64,000 nt of DNA from an uncultured Gammaproteobacteria bacterium (GTDB lineage: Bacteria > Cyanobacteriota > Vampirovibrionia > LMEP-6097). Shown here piece by piece: positions 48,224 to 57,714 of this stretch (position 1 is the stretch's first letter; the number at the start of each line of letters is the position of its first letter). The position numbers and the translations under genes were made by a program. A model generated the notes under the pieces. That model was not told the DNA's origin. It searched no databases and saw only the letters and a program-made list of their open reading frames with translations. The stretch is taken from the NCBI GenBank assembly GCA_964512985.1, contig CAZELI010000010.1, positions 2,945-66,944 of the forward strand, written 5' to 3'.

Positions 48224-48432
48224 AAATTCTTCATGATCAAGTTGGTGAAACACTTACCATTTATTTCCATGAACCACCAGAACATGAAATCTGTGAGTTA
48301 ACTGATGATGAAATGATATTGATCCGGGACGAGAAAACCAAACAATTATTAGGATTCGAGTTACTTCATTACAAACCTAAAGTATTAGGACCTCTGGTCA
48401 TTGAAAGTGAGACCTTTACTGAGCGAGGTTAA
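48211..48432 (+). CDS. DUF2283 protein (putative antitoxin-like partner)
   Basis: HDQVGETLTIYFHE...LLGFELLHYKP is the DUF2283 pattern. Overlaps the previous ORF. Confidence 0.6.
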   Translation: MAKLKILHDQVGETLTIYFHEPPEHEICELTDDEMILIRDEKTKQLLGFELLHYKPKVLGPLVIESETFTERG

Positions 48433-49178
48433 GCGGCTTCTGCTGTTTGTTTCACAGAATCATTTGGTTTTGCTTCATTATCAAAAATAGAATTAACCAA
48501 ATGAACGTCCTTAGCTAAAGTCGATACTAATCCTTTTACTTGTTTAGAAATTTGAGGAGATCCTGACGGAATAGCTTCTTCTGTAATACCTAAAGAAGAG
48601 GATTTTACATTATTTATATTAGGCTTATTATAAAATTGATCAAGCTTGCTTCCTAAGCCATTTTGAATCAAATTACTAAAAATTAAGCTCACACCATAAC
48701 GTAATTCATCAACCTTATGTAAAAAGTCATTCCTTACTCCGTCTCTAGGAACACTTTCATGGTCAGCTAATGCTTCTAATTTAAATAAATCATCTAAACA
48801 ACTAGATAGTTGTTTCAAACGAGATAAAGATCCCGATGAGATATCATGTCTTCTTAAGTCTGCTGCTTTAAGAACTTGAAGTTGGTAATTTTCTATACTT
48901 TTATCACCCAATCTTTTAATTCTTATTTCTGTTTCAAGCTCCTTGATTTTCTCACTTCTATCGACTAATGCTTCAGATGAGCCAAAAGCTTTAAGTGCTT
49001 CCATTTCAGGGCTTTTATCAGCTAACACTTCTGCAATACATCTTTGACATTCCTTAAACTCTCTGTCTGAAAATTCTAATCTTCCAGCGTTAAGACTATT
49101 TGAACCAATACCAGGAATGCTATGCCTTAAGCTATTTGCTAAAGCACTTATAGTTGAATACAAAGATGTAATTGACAT
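48429..49178 (-). CDS. Hypothetical protein
   Basis: A 249-aa ORF, helical and Ser-rich, with no recognised domain. Confidence 0.5.
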   Translation of the reverse strand: MSITSLYSTISALANSLRHSIPGIGSNSLNAGRLEFSDREFKECQRCIAEVLADKSPEMEALKAFGSSEALVDRSEKIKELETEIRIKRLGDKSIENYQLQVLKAADLRRHDISSGSLSRLKQLSSCLDDLFKLEALADHESVPRDGVRNDFLHKVDELRYGVSLIFSNLIQNGLGSKLDQFYNKPNINNVKSSSLGITEEAIPSGSPQISKQVKGLVSTLAKDVHLVNSIFDNEAKPNDSVKQTAEAA

Positions 49179-49330
49179 AATATTTCCTCAAAATTAAGTA
49201 TATACTAATCTATCTTCATTGTCAATACTTATCTTAACAATTTTCAGTATATATTATCCAAAGTTCACCATAATAATACAAACTCTAATAAAATCAAGCT
49301 TTTTCTATAAAGAATTAAGTATTATCAATG

Positions 49331-49438
49331 GAGACCTCTTTCGAAACCTATGGTTTCGATTAGAGGTCTATGAAAAAAGATAGCGACCGCGCGGAACGCG
49401 CGTGTCGCCCTAAAAAAAACTTCAAGTTTCAGAGGAAG
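49331..49438 (+). repeat. Family B structured leader element, copy 2 (5' of prmC)
   Basis: Hairpin 1 at 49332-49379 and GC hairpin 2 at 49383-49408. It ends at the AGAGGAAG RBS, 4 nt before the prmC ATG. Confidence 0.8.
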
Positions 49439-49442
49439 TCTC

Positions 49443-50330
49443 ATGAGTACCCTCGGGTCTATTTATCAAGAACTTAAGTCCAGCCTCAAAATTGCAGAGC
49501 CTGAAGTAGAAGCACGCGTAATTTTAGAGCATGTACTTAATATTAGCCCTTCAGAATTAATCTCCGAGCCGGATCTGCACATCACTAAGAGCCAATTAGC
49601 GAAGATTTATTCTATAAGAGACAAACGCAATGAGCAACGCATTCCCTTAGCGTATCTACTAGAAGAAGCTCCCTTCGGAGATTTAAGGCTTTTCGTTAAT
49701 TCAGATGTATTGATTCCGCGTCCAGAGACTGAGTTACTAATACCTATAATTCTAGAAGAGATTAAGAAACGTAAGATTTATCAACCAAGTATTTTAGATC
49801 TAGGCACAGGTTCGGGTTGTATCGCTATAGCGCTTAAGCTTGCTTTGCCTGCTGCCAGGGTTTATGCTTCTGATATCTCTAGAGCTTCTCTGAGTGTCGC
49901 TGCTATTAATGCCAAACGCTACAACGCTGAGTTAGAGCTAGTTATGGGGGACTATCTAGATCCTTTCTTAGGAGTCTCTACTTCACCTGTCGCGATTCCC
50001 ATAATTAAAGGTGCTCCACCTTACTTCGATATCATCGTTTCTAATCCTCCTTATGTCTCCGAAGAAGACTACTCTAAGTTAGAACCAGAACTCAAGCATG
50101 AACCTAAACATGCTCTTACTGGATTTCCTTACGAGCATATTAAGAAACAATCTCAGACTCTATTACAGAAGAATGGGTTTATGGCATTTGAATTTGGACA
50201 AGGACAAAGAACTAAGCTAGAGACTATTTTTCCTGGAGCAGGTTTCTATAAAGATCTAGAAAATAATGATAGATTCCTCATATGGTCAGAACCAGAGCCT
50301 GAATTAATTCTAGGGTTTAAGCCGCTGTAA
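49443..50330 (+). CDS. prmC: Release-factor glutamine methyltransferase
   Basis: DLGTGSGCIAI and the IVSNPPYV (NPPY) motif. Confidence 0.9.
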   Translation: MSTLGSIYQELKSSLKIAEPEVEARVILEHVLNISPSELISEPDLHITKSQLAKIYSIRDKRNEQRIPLAYLLEEAPFGDLRLFVNSDVLIPRPETELLIPIILEEIKKRKIYQPSILDLGTGSGCIAIALKLALPAARVYASDISRASLSVAAINAKRYNAELELVMGDYLDPFLGVSTSPVAIPIIKGAPPYFDIIVSNPPYVSEEDYSKLEPELKHEPKHALTGFPYEHIKKQSQTLLQKNGFMAFEFGQGQRTKLETIFPGAGFYKDLENNDRFLIWSEPEPELILGFKPL

Positions 50331-50357
50331 TCTTCTAACACAAAGTCATCTCATTGC

Positions 50358-50454
50358 GTCATCCTGAGGGAGGCGAAGCCGACCGTCAGGATCCACTACT
50401 AACTTAATTTAGTGGATCTTTACGTCGCCTGCTTCGCAGGCTCCTCAAGATGAC
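50358..50454 (+). repeat. Family A nested-palindrome repeat, copy 7
   Basis: Canonical left end, slightly decayed right end (CCTCAAGATGAC). The arm hairpin is GCCTGC-ttc-GCAGGC. Confidence 0.85.
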
Positions 50455-50465
50455 GAGACATATAT

Positions 50466-51251
50466 TCACTTTAACAACAATGAATCAAAAAAACTCTCTA
50501 GCAACTCTCTACTATCAATATTTTTATCAAACTCACTACTAAAAACCCCTGCATTACCACCCGTAGCAATGCTAATAAAATTCTCTCCATTAAATTTCTC
50601 TAGAGCATAATTTTTATAATATTGAATCATCGCCAAATGCTCTCGGTAAGCACCTTCTATCACTGCTTTAGCTGTAGATTCATTTGGAAATATTTCTGTA
50701 AGACTAGTGCCAGAGATTAATTGTTTAAATTCTTTACTTTCTGCATAATTCTTAAATCCTTTCAACTTATCAGCGACAGCTTCCACCCTAGCTTGCAAAC
50801 CTAGATTAACAAAGCCTCCTATAAATTCAGAATTCTTATTAGCCAAATTTAAAGTAGTAGCAGTACCAAAGTCCATGAGCATAATATTTGAGCCAGAAAA
50901 CATAGTTAATGCTCCACTAAGTTTAGCGATGCGATCTCCACCTAAACCTTGATAAATACCTTCTAATAACGAATCGTCTGAATCAAAGACATGTATATGG
51001 TCTAAACTTACATTTATTCTGTATTCAGGATCCATATTGTATTCTAATTGATTAAAAAATCCTATAACCCTATCCAAGATTTTTTGTCCGATATAACTAT
51101 TAGGAGCAATAACATATACATCAATAACATGGCTATAAGCAGAATCTAAGCCTAAATAAATACTTTCATAGTCATATTCTGTATTATTACCAAAATGATA
51201 CTTCACTCTAGAGTTACCAATGTCTATAATTAATCTATGTCTTTTTTCCAA
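50466..51251 (-). CDS. coaX: Type III pantothenate kinase
   Basis: LIIDIGNSRVKY and DFGTATT motifs. Confidence 0.85.
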   Translation of the reverse strand: MEKRHRLIIDIGNSRVKYHFGNNTEYDYESIYLGLDSAYSHVIDVYVIAPNSYIGQKILDRVIGFFNQLEYNMDPEYRINVSLDHIHVFDSDDSLLEGIYQGLGGDRIAKLSGALTMFSGSNIMLMDFGTATTLNLANKNSEFIGGFVNLGLQARVEAVADKLKGFKNYAESKEFKQLISGTSLTEIFPNESTAKAVIEGAYREHLAMIQYYKNYALEKFNGENFISIATGGNAGVFSSEFDKNIDSRELLESFFDSLLLK

Positions 51252-51743
51252 AATATTTACGGAATATTGTTTAGGCCTGATGCCACATTTAAGCAGCTTG
51301 CCATAAATTATAGCCCAAGCCTAATATTGCAAGGGGTACTTGTCTTAATAATGGTAGGTCTCATTAATAATGAAGAGCCTAGTAGCTTTGGAGTGGTTAG
51401 TTATCTAGGTTCTTGGTTAGTAGTTTCTACGGTAATTTTTATGATGGCTTTTATTTTCAAGCTAAGAGTCAGTGACTATCCTCGCTTTATGGTAATGTTA
51501 GCGTTTGCAAATTTACCCTTTATCTTTCTTGCACCCTTAGCAATTATGACCGAAGCTAATATCATAGTTGCAGGTTTCCTAAAACTTATAATCATCACTT
51601 GGGCTTTCAATCTCAATCTGATAGCTATTTCTCGCAGTTGTGAGATCTCTAAAGTAAGAGCTTTATTGATTTACTTACTGCCACCATTGATTTTGATTTT
51701 AATTATAGTGAATTTATTCTTTAGTCTTTTTAGTTTAATGTAA
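51237..51743 (+). CDS. Yip1-like polytopic membrane protein
   Basis: ILFRPDATFKQL N-terminus plus about 5 TM segments. Confidence 0.5.
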   Translation: MSFFQNIYGILFRPDATFKQLAINYSPSLILQGVLVLIMVGLINNEEPSSFGVVSYLGSWLVVSTVIFMMAFIFKLRVSDYPRFMVMLAFANLPFIFLAPLAIMTEANIIVAGFLKLIIITWAFNLNLIAISRSCEISKVRALLIYLLPPLILILIIVNLFFSLFSLM

Positions 51744-51745
51744 TC

Positions 51746-52267
51746 ATGGTGCTATTAGAATCCCACGAACTTGAATACGGTAAAGCTCTAGTAGAGTTTA
51801 ATCTAGCAGATACAGTCAGCAAGCGTAATATCTCCAATAATGATCTGAAGCATGATATAGCGGTAATAGCATTCATCTGTAATCATTGTCCTTACGTAGT
51901 GCGTATCATTGATGAGTTTTCTAAGTTAGCGACTAAGACTCAGAAAGAAGTAAACTGGATAGCTATCTCTGCTAATGACCCAGACTATCGTCAGGAAGAT
52001 AGTCCTGAGAATATGATTAAGTTTGCCAAAGATCATAAGTTTAGCTTCCCTTATTTATTTGATGAAAGCCAGGAAGTAGCTCATAGATTTGGTGCCGTAT
52101 GCACTCCAGATATTTTTGTTTATAAAAGGATAGAAGGGCTATATAAACTTGCTTACCATGCACGTTTTGAGGATCTAGAGAAGGCTATTAATGATTTACT
52201 TAAATCCGATAAGGTTAGCTTCGAAACTTTACCAAGTGCTGGTTGCAGTATCAAGTGGAAAACTTAA
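51746..52267 (+). CDS. Thioredoxin-fold protein (AhpC/TSA-like)
   Basis: FICNHCPYV motif and SANDP. Confidence 0.7.
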   Translation: MVLLESHELEYGKALVEFNLADTVSKRNISNNDLKHDIAVIAFICNHCPYVVRIIDEFSKLATKTQKEVNWIAISANDPDYRQEDSPENMIKFAKDHKFSFPYLFDESQEVAHRFGAVCTPDIFVYKRIEGLYKLAYHARFEDLEKAINDLLKSDKVSFETLPSAGCSIKWKT

Positions 52268-52632
52268 ACCTGAGGAGTATCAGCTGTCTTAAGAGGTGGT
52301 TTAAGAATACTCACAGCAAACACACAGACACTAATCAAGGCCATTAAAGAAAGTAGTATTGCTGGTATCAGCTTTTCTGAATCGCCCGCAGCAAGCGCAT
52401 TCATAACTAGTGTAGATCTCCAAGCAAAAACTCCTAAGAAAAGTACATTAAAAATCTTAGCGATTAACTGAACAACATCAAATTTATTAACTAAGGTACT
52501 AAAGACAATCATAAGTACACCAGTAGCAAGCCCACTGATAAGCGCGGATTTAGCGTGAGTAAGCAAGTAACCAACCAAACCTATAAGGATTAGAGCGGTG
52601 CCGTAAGACGAATAAAGTGTGCGAGGGTTCAT
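52264..52632 (-). CDS. Small 4-TM membrane protein
   Basis: A 122-aa hydrophobic ORF. Confidence 0.5.
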   Translation of the reverse strand: MNPRTLYSSYGTALILIGLVGYLLTHAKSALISGLATGVLMIVFSTLVNKFDVVQLIAKIFNVLFLGVFAWRSTLVMNALAAGDSEKLIPAILLSLMALISVCVFAVSILKPPLKTADTPQV

Positions 52633-52655
52633 AATAAAGTATTATAATACGAATT

Positions 52656-53603
52656 ATGGCTAAAAATCCTGCTATTTCCATTCATGAATATGCATTTCTG
52701 GGCAAGGACTTCTTAAAATATGAGGATGCGCGCATTCCTGTTATGACTCATGCATTTATGTATGGTACTGCGGTGTTTGAAGGAATTCGTGCTTACTGGA
52801 ACGCGGAGCAGAAGAAGCTTTATGTCTTACATGTACGTGAACATTTAGAAAGAATCTTACAAAGCTGCAAAATACTTAGACTACAACCTTATTACAATGT
52901 TGATGAAATGACAAACATTGTTATAGAGCTTCTCAAAAAAAACAAACCACAAAACGATGCTTATATTAGACCAAGCTGGTTCAAAGCTTGCGAGCGTATT
53001 GGACCAAATGTTATAGGCGCTGACGATGAAGATAGTTTCGTAGTTACCTCAATCGATCTTGGTGACTACCTTGACACTAGTAAGGGTATCTCTGTTCAAG
53101 TATCCAGCTGGCGCAGACTCTCTGATAACGCGATTCCAGCTCGCGCCAAAATCAATGGTAGCTATGTTAACACTGCTCTCTCTAAAGCCACAGCTCATCT
53201 CTCTGGCTATGATGATGCTATCTATCTCACTGAAGAAGGTCATGTAGCCGAAGGTTCAGCCATGAATTTATTTATAGTCCGTGGTGCTAAGCTCATCACC
53301 TGCGGAGTCACTGAGAATATTCTAGAAGGTATCACTCGTAGATTCCTAATTCAATTAGCCACCGAAGAACTAGGCTATGAAGTAGAAGTAAGATCAATAG
53401 ACCGTAGTGAGCTTTACATCGCTGATGAAGCTTTCTTCTGTGGCACTGGCGCGCAGATAGCACCAATAGGTTCTATAGATCATTATATTTTAGGAACGGG
53501 CAAACCTGGACCTCTAACAACCAAGCTACAAGAGCTTTACAGCAATATTTGCCGCGGCAAGGTAGCGAAATACAAAGATGTGCTTATAGAGATTAGCTAT
53601 TAA
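52656..53603 (+). CDS. ilvE: Branched-chain amino acid aminotransferase
   Basis: Class IV aminotransferase pattern (GTAVFEGIRAY, EGSAMNLF, LEGITR). Confidence 0.9.
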   Translation: MAKNPAISIHEYAFLGKDFLKYEDARIPVMTHAFMYGTAVFEGIRAYWNAEQKKLYVLHVREHLERILQSCKILRLQPYYNVDEMTNIVIELLKKNKPQNDAYIRPSWFKACERIGPNVIGADDEDSFVVTSIDLGDYLDTSKGISVQVSSWRRLSDNAIPARAKINGSYVNTALSKATAHLSGYDDAIYLTEEGHVAEGSAMNLFIVRGAKLITCGVTENILEGITRRFLIQLATEELGYEVEVRSIDRSELYIADEAFFCGTGAQIAPIGSIDHYILGTGKPGPLTTKLQELYSNICRGKVAKYKDVLIEISY

Positions 53604-53627
53604 ATTTCCCTAACTTAGACTTAAATC

Positions 53628-53737
53628 GTCATCCTGAGGAGCAACCGTAGGTTGCGACGTAAGGATCCACTACTTCGAATAGTCTATTAAGTAAGAGTGG
53701 ATCCTTACGGTCGGGCTTCGCCCTCCCTCAGGATGAC
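53628..53737 (-). repeat. Family A nested-palindrome repeat, copy 8
   Basis: Canonical ends and central stem, between ilvE and glcD. Confidence 0.9.
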
Positions 53738-53763
53738 GAATCGATTGATATAATTGTGGATAC

Positions 53764-55248
53764 ATGAGAATCTCCGTTAAAACTTTTACAGGCTTCGTCC
53801 ATGACCTTCGCAAGTTTCTTAAGCCTGATCAAATTCTCGATTCTAATATTGATCTATATCTATATGAAACAGATGCTACTTCATTATTTAAGCAGCAAGC
53901 TGCACTAGTAGTGCTTCCTAATAACGCAAGCGAGATCTCGCAAATCATTAAACTAATTAACGAATATCATCAAGATATCCCTATTAACTTTGTGGCAAGG
54001 GGCGCTGGTACTGGACTCTCAGGCGGTGCTATTGGTAATGCTCACTCAGTAATTATTTCTCTTGCACGTCTCAATCAATTAATTGCCTATGATGAGATAA
54101 ATCAAATCGCCCTTATAGAGACAGGTCTAGTCAACTCAGCACTCTCTGAACAGATCAAAGGCACGGGATTACACTTCTCGCCAGATCCAAGTTCTCAAGA
54201 CTCTTGCACCATCGGTGGTAATATCGCAGAGAACGCTGGTGGTATACATTGTTTCAAGCATGGAGTTACCAGTGAGCAAATACTTGGTTTAGAAATAGTT
54301 CTACCTAATGGGGAGATAGTTTACACTGGCACCATTAACGCTGAAGCTTGCCAAAAATACGCTAAAGGCGAAGAACATCATAAGATCTACTCAGCCAAAC
54401 GATCCGCTGTCGATCTCACTAAGCTCTTTGTAGGGACCGAGGGAACCTTTGGGATTGCAACTAAAGCTCTAGTGCGTTTGCAGGCTAGCCCTGAATCTTT
54501 CTTAACTATGCAACTTTGTTTCAAGTCAGTCTCAGAAGCAGCAGAGCTTGTCGCAGCTATCATTAAATATGGCTTTAAACCTACTGCTATAGAAATGATA
54601 GATCAAGGCGCTATAGAGGCTGTGAGTAAAGCTTTTGAACTTGGTTTACCAACACATACTAAAGCAGTTTTATTAGTAGAGTTAGATGGTAATCATGATG
54701 AGGTTTTACTGGAAGCTAAATTAATTAAAGAACTAATCGAAGATAAATTTCATCCTATTCAATACAAAGAAACCCAAGATCCCAAGGAGAAAAAATTCCT
54801 CTGGAAAGTGCGTAAGGGCACAGTTGCAGCCTTTGGGCAGCTTGCACCATTCTGGTATCTTTATGACGCTGTAGTTCCTCGCTCTAAAATTCCTGAAGCA
54901 CTATCAGAGATTGAGAGAATCGCAGAGAAGTATCAACTCAAGCTAGCAAGTGTTTTGCATGCTGCTGATGGTAATCTCCATCCTAATTTCCTCTATGACC
55001 CAGAGAAAGATCTCACAGTGATAGAACGCATTCACCAAGCTAGTCACGAGATCATGAAGCTTTGCATTGATCTTGGTGGCGTGCTTTCAGGAGAGCATGG
55101 CATCGGTGTAGAGAAACAAGAATATATGCCATTTATGTTTTCGGAAGCAGATATGCAAACCATGCTCCAAGTACGACAAGTGTTTGACCCTAAGATGATC
55201 AGTAATCCTAATAAAATTTTCCCTATTAGAATTTGCAAGCAGTGTTAG
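53764..55248 (+). CDS. glcD: FAD-linked oxidase (glycolate oxidase GlcD-like)
   Basis: RGAGTGLSGGA FAD-binding motif and C-terminal GSISGEHG-like GVLSGEHGIG. Confidence 0.85.
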   Translation: MRISVKTFTGFVHDLRKFLKPDQILDSNIDLYLYETDATSLFKQQAALVVLPNNASEISQIIKLINEYHQDIPINFVARGAGTGLSGGAIGNAHSVIISLARLNQLIAYDEINQIALIETGLVNSALSEQIKGTGLHFSPDPSSQDSCTIGGNIAENAGGIHCFKHGVTSEQILGLEIVLPNGEIVYTGTINAEACQKYAKGEEHHKIYSAKRSAVDLTKLFVGTEGTFGIATKALVRLQASPESFLTMQLCFKSVSEAAELVAAIIKYGFKPTAIEMIDQGAIEAVSKAFELGLPTHTKAVLLVELDGNHDEVLLEAKLIKELIEDKFHPIQYKETQDPKEKKFLWKVRKGTVAAFGQLAPFWYLYDAVVPRSKIPEALSEIERIAEKYQLKLASVLHAADGNLHPNFLYDPEKDLTVIERIHQASHEIMKLCIDLGGVLSGEHGIGVEKQEYMPFMFSEADMQTMLQVRQVFDPKMISNPNKIFPIRICKQC

Positions 55249-55263
55249 TGAGAATGGTTCTCA
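55249..55263. promoter_or_regulatory. Fur-box-like inverted repeat
   Basis: TGAGAA-TGG-TTCTCA lies immediately after the glcD stop, at the left edge of the GC-rich island. Confidence 0.4.
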
Positions 55264-55270
55264 ATTAAAC

Positions 55271-55396
55271 CAGTGTGTCCTTCCCAGGACAGGCGTGGGG
55301 GTTCCGCCGCTCCGCGGCGGTTTGCGCTGCGCGCGGCTTAATGAAAAATATTAGCAGTCCGCAGGACGAACCGCGCCGAAGGCGCGGAACCACAGC
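55271..55396 (-). ncRNA. Candidate structured small RNA or repeat (GC-rich island); strand assignment tentative
   Basis: Visibly GC-rich in an AT-rich spacer. Hairpins are CCGCCGC-tcc-GCGGCGG (55304-55320), CCGCGCC-gaa-GGCGCGG (55371-55387), and GTCC..GGAC twice. A mutually exclusive long-range pairing GGTTCCGC/GCGGAACC is possible. A Fur-like box plus an AT-rich -10-like hexamer face it from 55450. Confidence 0.3.
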
Positions 55397-55435
55397 AAAA
55401 GAGATTTAGATTTAAATTATTATTAATAAGGCTAA

Positions 55436-55450
55436 TAAGAATGATTCTCA
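55436..55450. promoter_or_regulatory. Fur-box-like site between the GC-rich island and the ferredoxin gene
   Basis: TAAGAATGATTCTCA is identical to the site upstream of fur. Confidence 0.5.
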
Positions 55451-55561
55451 AAAAGCTTTATTCAAAAATTTTCTTGTTAGTATTGGTTCTTGTTGACCAA
55501 TAATGTATTGAGTCACGAGAATGTAAGATTTATGTTTTACTAAAGTTCAAAGGAGTTAAGA

Positions 55562-55789
55562 ATGCCATACACTATAGTTTCAAGTATTTGCGAAGGCGCT
55601 GCAGATTGTATCCCTGTTTGCCCAGTAGATTGTATCAAATGGCCAGAAACAGAAAAAACAAATGCCAACGGTCACAAATATCCATATATCGATATGGATA
55701 CTTGTATTGATTGTGGTGCATGTCTAGCTGCTTGCCCTGTAGAAGGTGCAATATTAGACGAAGCTAAGCCAGAATTACAGTTAGTTTAA
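55562..55789 (+). CDS. 4Fe-4S dicluster ferredoxin
   Basis: CIDCGACLAACP and CEGAADCIPVCP cysteine motifs. AGGAG lies upstream. Confidence 0.85.
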   Translation: MPYTIVSSICEGAADCIPVCPVDCIKWPETEKTNANGHKYPYIDMDTCIDCGACLAACPVEGAILDEAKPELQLV

Positions 55790-55815
55790 ATTACTTTTCA
55801 CTCGCATTAAATTTT

Positions 55816-55846
55816 AAGCCTTACGCTTCTAGTAAGGCTTTTTTTA
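55816..55846 (+). terminator. Intrinsic terminator after the ferredoxin gene
   Basis: AAGCCTTAC-N7-GTAAGGCTT followed by TTTTTT. Confidence 0.8.
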
Positions 55847-55861
55847 TAGATTGTAAGAAAT

Positions 55862-56212
55862 TTAATCGATAGATTCGATTATTTCTTCTAGTTCATCCAT
55901 CTTGTTTTCAAGCTCTTTGCTGATTTGCTTTCTACTAGAATCAACTTCTTTGCCATGTTTTTTAAGATCTTCTTTGAGTTTTTCTACTTGATCAATAATC
56001 TTGTCAGCCTGAGCATTAATTACTTTGGCACTTGCACTTGCTTCTTTACCTAAAGCCTCTTTAATAGCTTGAGTATCTTTCTTGATATTTTCAGTTCTTT
56101 CTTTTACTACGGTCTTAAGGTCTTGCTCCTCAGCTTTAACCTCCTCTGCTTGAGAAGCAGTCATAGAAACCAGGAGAAGTACACTAAGAATTATTAAAAA
56201 ACGATATTTCAT
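55862..56212 (-). CDS. Secreted charged coiled-coil protein
   Basis: Signal peptide (ASQA) plus Lys/Glu-rich helical repeats. Confidence 0.5.
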   Translation of the reverse strand: MKYRFLIILSVLLLVSMTASQAEEVKAEEQDLKTVVKERTENIKKDTQAIKEALGKEASASAKVINAQADKIIDQVEKLKEDLKKHGKEVDSSRKQISKELENKMDELEEIIESID

Positions 56213-56291
56213 AGCTATAATCTTAGCATTCGATAATTATCTTGGCACTATGGAATTACGAATGATAAAATCACAATAAGGAGAGTTTATT

Positions 56292-56576
56292 TTGGTAAGA
56301 CTAAGACCACAAGAAATTGATGCAATTAAAAAATCAATCCATGAATACACTCCAGAAGCCAAAATCCTGGTTTATGGATCAAGAACAGACGATACCAAAA
56401 AAGGTGGCGATATCGATCTATTGGTTTATTGCAAACAAGTACCAGATCTAAATACCAAAAATCGTATCTTATTAAATCTATATGATTTAATCGGTGAACA
56501 GAAGATTGATATACTTTATTCTCAAGCAGAAAGTAATTTTACTCAATTAATCCAAGGGGAGGCTATAGAAATATAG
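56292..56576 (+). CDS. Minimal nucleotidyltransferase (MNT-type antitoxin)
   Basis: GSRTDDTKKGGDIDLLV motif. TTG start with AAGGAG 8 nt upstream. Confidence 0.8.
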   Translation: MVRLRPQEIDAIKKSIHEYTPEAKILVYGSRTDDTKKGGDIDLLVYCKQVPDLNTKNRILLNLYDLIGEQKIDILYSQAESNFTQLIQGEAIEI

Positions 56577-57043
56577 TGACAAAAAAACAAAAAGAATATC
56601 AAGTCTTACAAGATCTAGTTAAAGATTGTTTATTGCAGTCTAAACATTTGGGACTCTCCTATAACAAATGTTCTAAGGTTGATTTAAATCAAATCAGCAT
56701 AGAAGCTCTCTCCGAAGAAAATCTGGAAGCTTTTGAAGCTTTAGTTTCTCGTTTTGGTAGATTGAGTGACATGCTCACACAGAAAATATTTAGATTAATA
56801 GATGAATTAGAATATGAAAATCATAAGAGCTTTATCGATCGTATCAATGCCGCAGAAAAGCGAGAATTAATTGATTCAGCATATGAGTTTAGAGAAATTA
56901 GGGAAATAAGAAATAGGATAGAACATGAATACGAAAGTAGTAATTTATTAGAGCTATTCGCTAAAACTCTAGAATTCAGTCCCAAGCTTTTAAAGACTTG
57001 CGATAAATTAAAAGCCTACCTAACAAATATCAAATTAGAGTAA
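56576..57043 (+). CDS. HEPN-domain protein (putative toxin partner of MNT)
   Basis: The R-x4-H motif (RNRIEH) sits near the C-terminal third. The GTG start overlaps the MNT stop by 1 nt. Confidence 0.65.
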   Translation: MTKKQKEYQVLQDLVKDCLLQSKHLGLSYNKCSKVDLNQISIEALSEENLEAFEALVSRFGRLSDMLTQKIFRLIDELEYENHKSFIDRINAAEKRELIDSAYEFREIREIRNRIEHEYESSNLLELFAKTLEFSPKLLKTCDKLKAYLTNIKLE

Positions 57044-57714
57044 TGAACATTAAAACTATTCTTATCACTGGCGGATCTCGCGGCATAGGCAAGGCAAGCG
57101 CTTCAATACTAGAAGCTGCTGGTTATAAAGTACTAGCTCCAAGTTCTAAAGACTTAGATGTGACTAACGAAGAATCTATTAAAAACTATCTCCACACTAA
57201 TCTTGGTTCAGAGCCCTTATATGGACTAGTTTGTAATGCTGGAATTTATTACGACAATCCTATTGAGAAACACTCTATAGAAAATTTCTCTAAAGTTTTA
57301 GAAGTAAATCTCACTGGAGCTTTTCGCAGTGTGCAAGCTTGCATGCCCCAACTCAAAGCTTCCCAGGGAGCGAGAATCATCTTCATCTCTTCAGTAAGCG
57401 CTTACGGAGATGCTGGGGCTCCTGCCTATAGCGCATCTAAAGCGGGCCTCATCGCTATGATGAAATCTTTAGCTCCAGAACTCGCTCATGATCAAATCAC
57501 TATCAATACCATTAATCCAGGTTGGGTGAGAACCGACATGGCAGAAACTATATTAAAATCAGAAGATGATGTAAGAAACAATCTAGGAGCCACTCTACTC
57601 AAGCGCTGGATAGAACCTGAAGAGATAGGTGAGCTAGTAAAGTTCTTACTTAGCGATCAAGCTTCTGCTATCTGCGGAGAGGCTATTAATATTGATGCGG
57701 GGTTGATGGTATAG
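57043..57714 (+). CDS. Short-chain dehydrogenase/reductase
   Basis: TGGSRGIGKA and YSASK motifs. TAATG overlap with the HEPN gene. Confidence 0.85.
   Translation: MNIKTILITGGSRGIGKASASILEAAGYKVLAPSSKDLDVTNEESIKNYLHTNLGSEPLYGLVCNAGIYYDNPIEKHSIENFSKVLEVNLTGAFRSVQACMPQLKASQGARIIFISSVSAYGDAGAPAYSASKAGLIAMMKSLAPELAHDQITINTINPGWVRTDMAETILKSEDDVRNNLGATLLKRWIEPEEIGELVKFLLSDQASAICGEAINIDAGLMV

Noticed and set aside
51237-51251. 15-bp overlap of the divergent 5' ends of coaX and the Yip1-like gene
   Set aside because: This is probably a start-codon assignment issue. Both N-termini look family-typical, so I left the ORF-track starts in place, but I see no evidence of a special mechanism.
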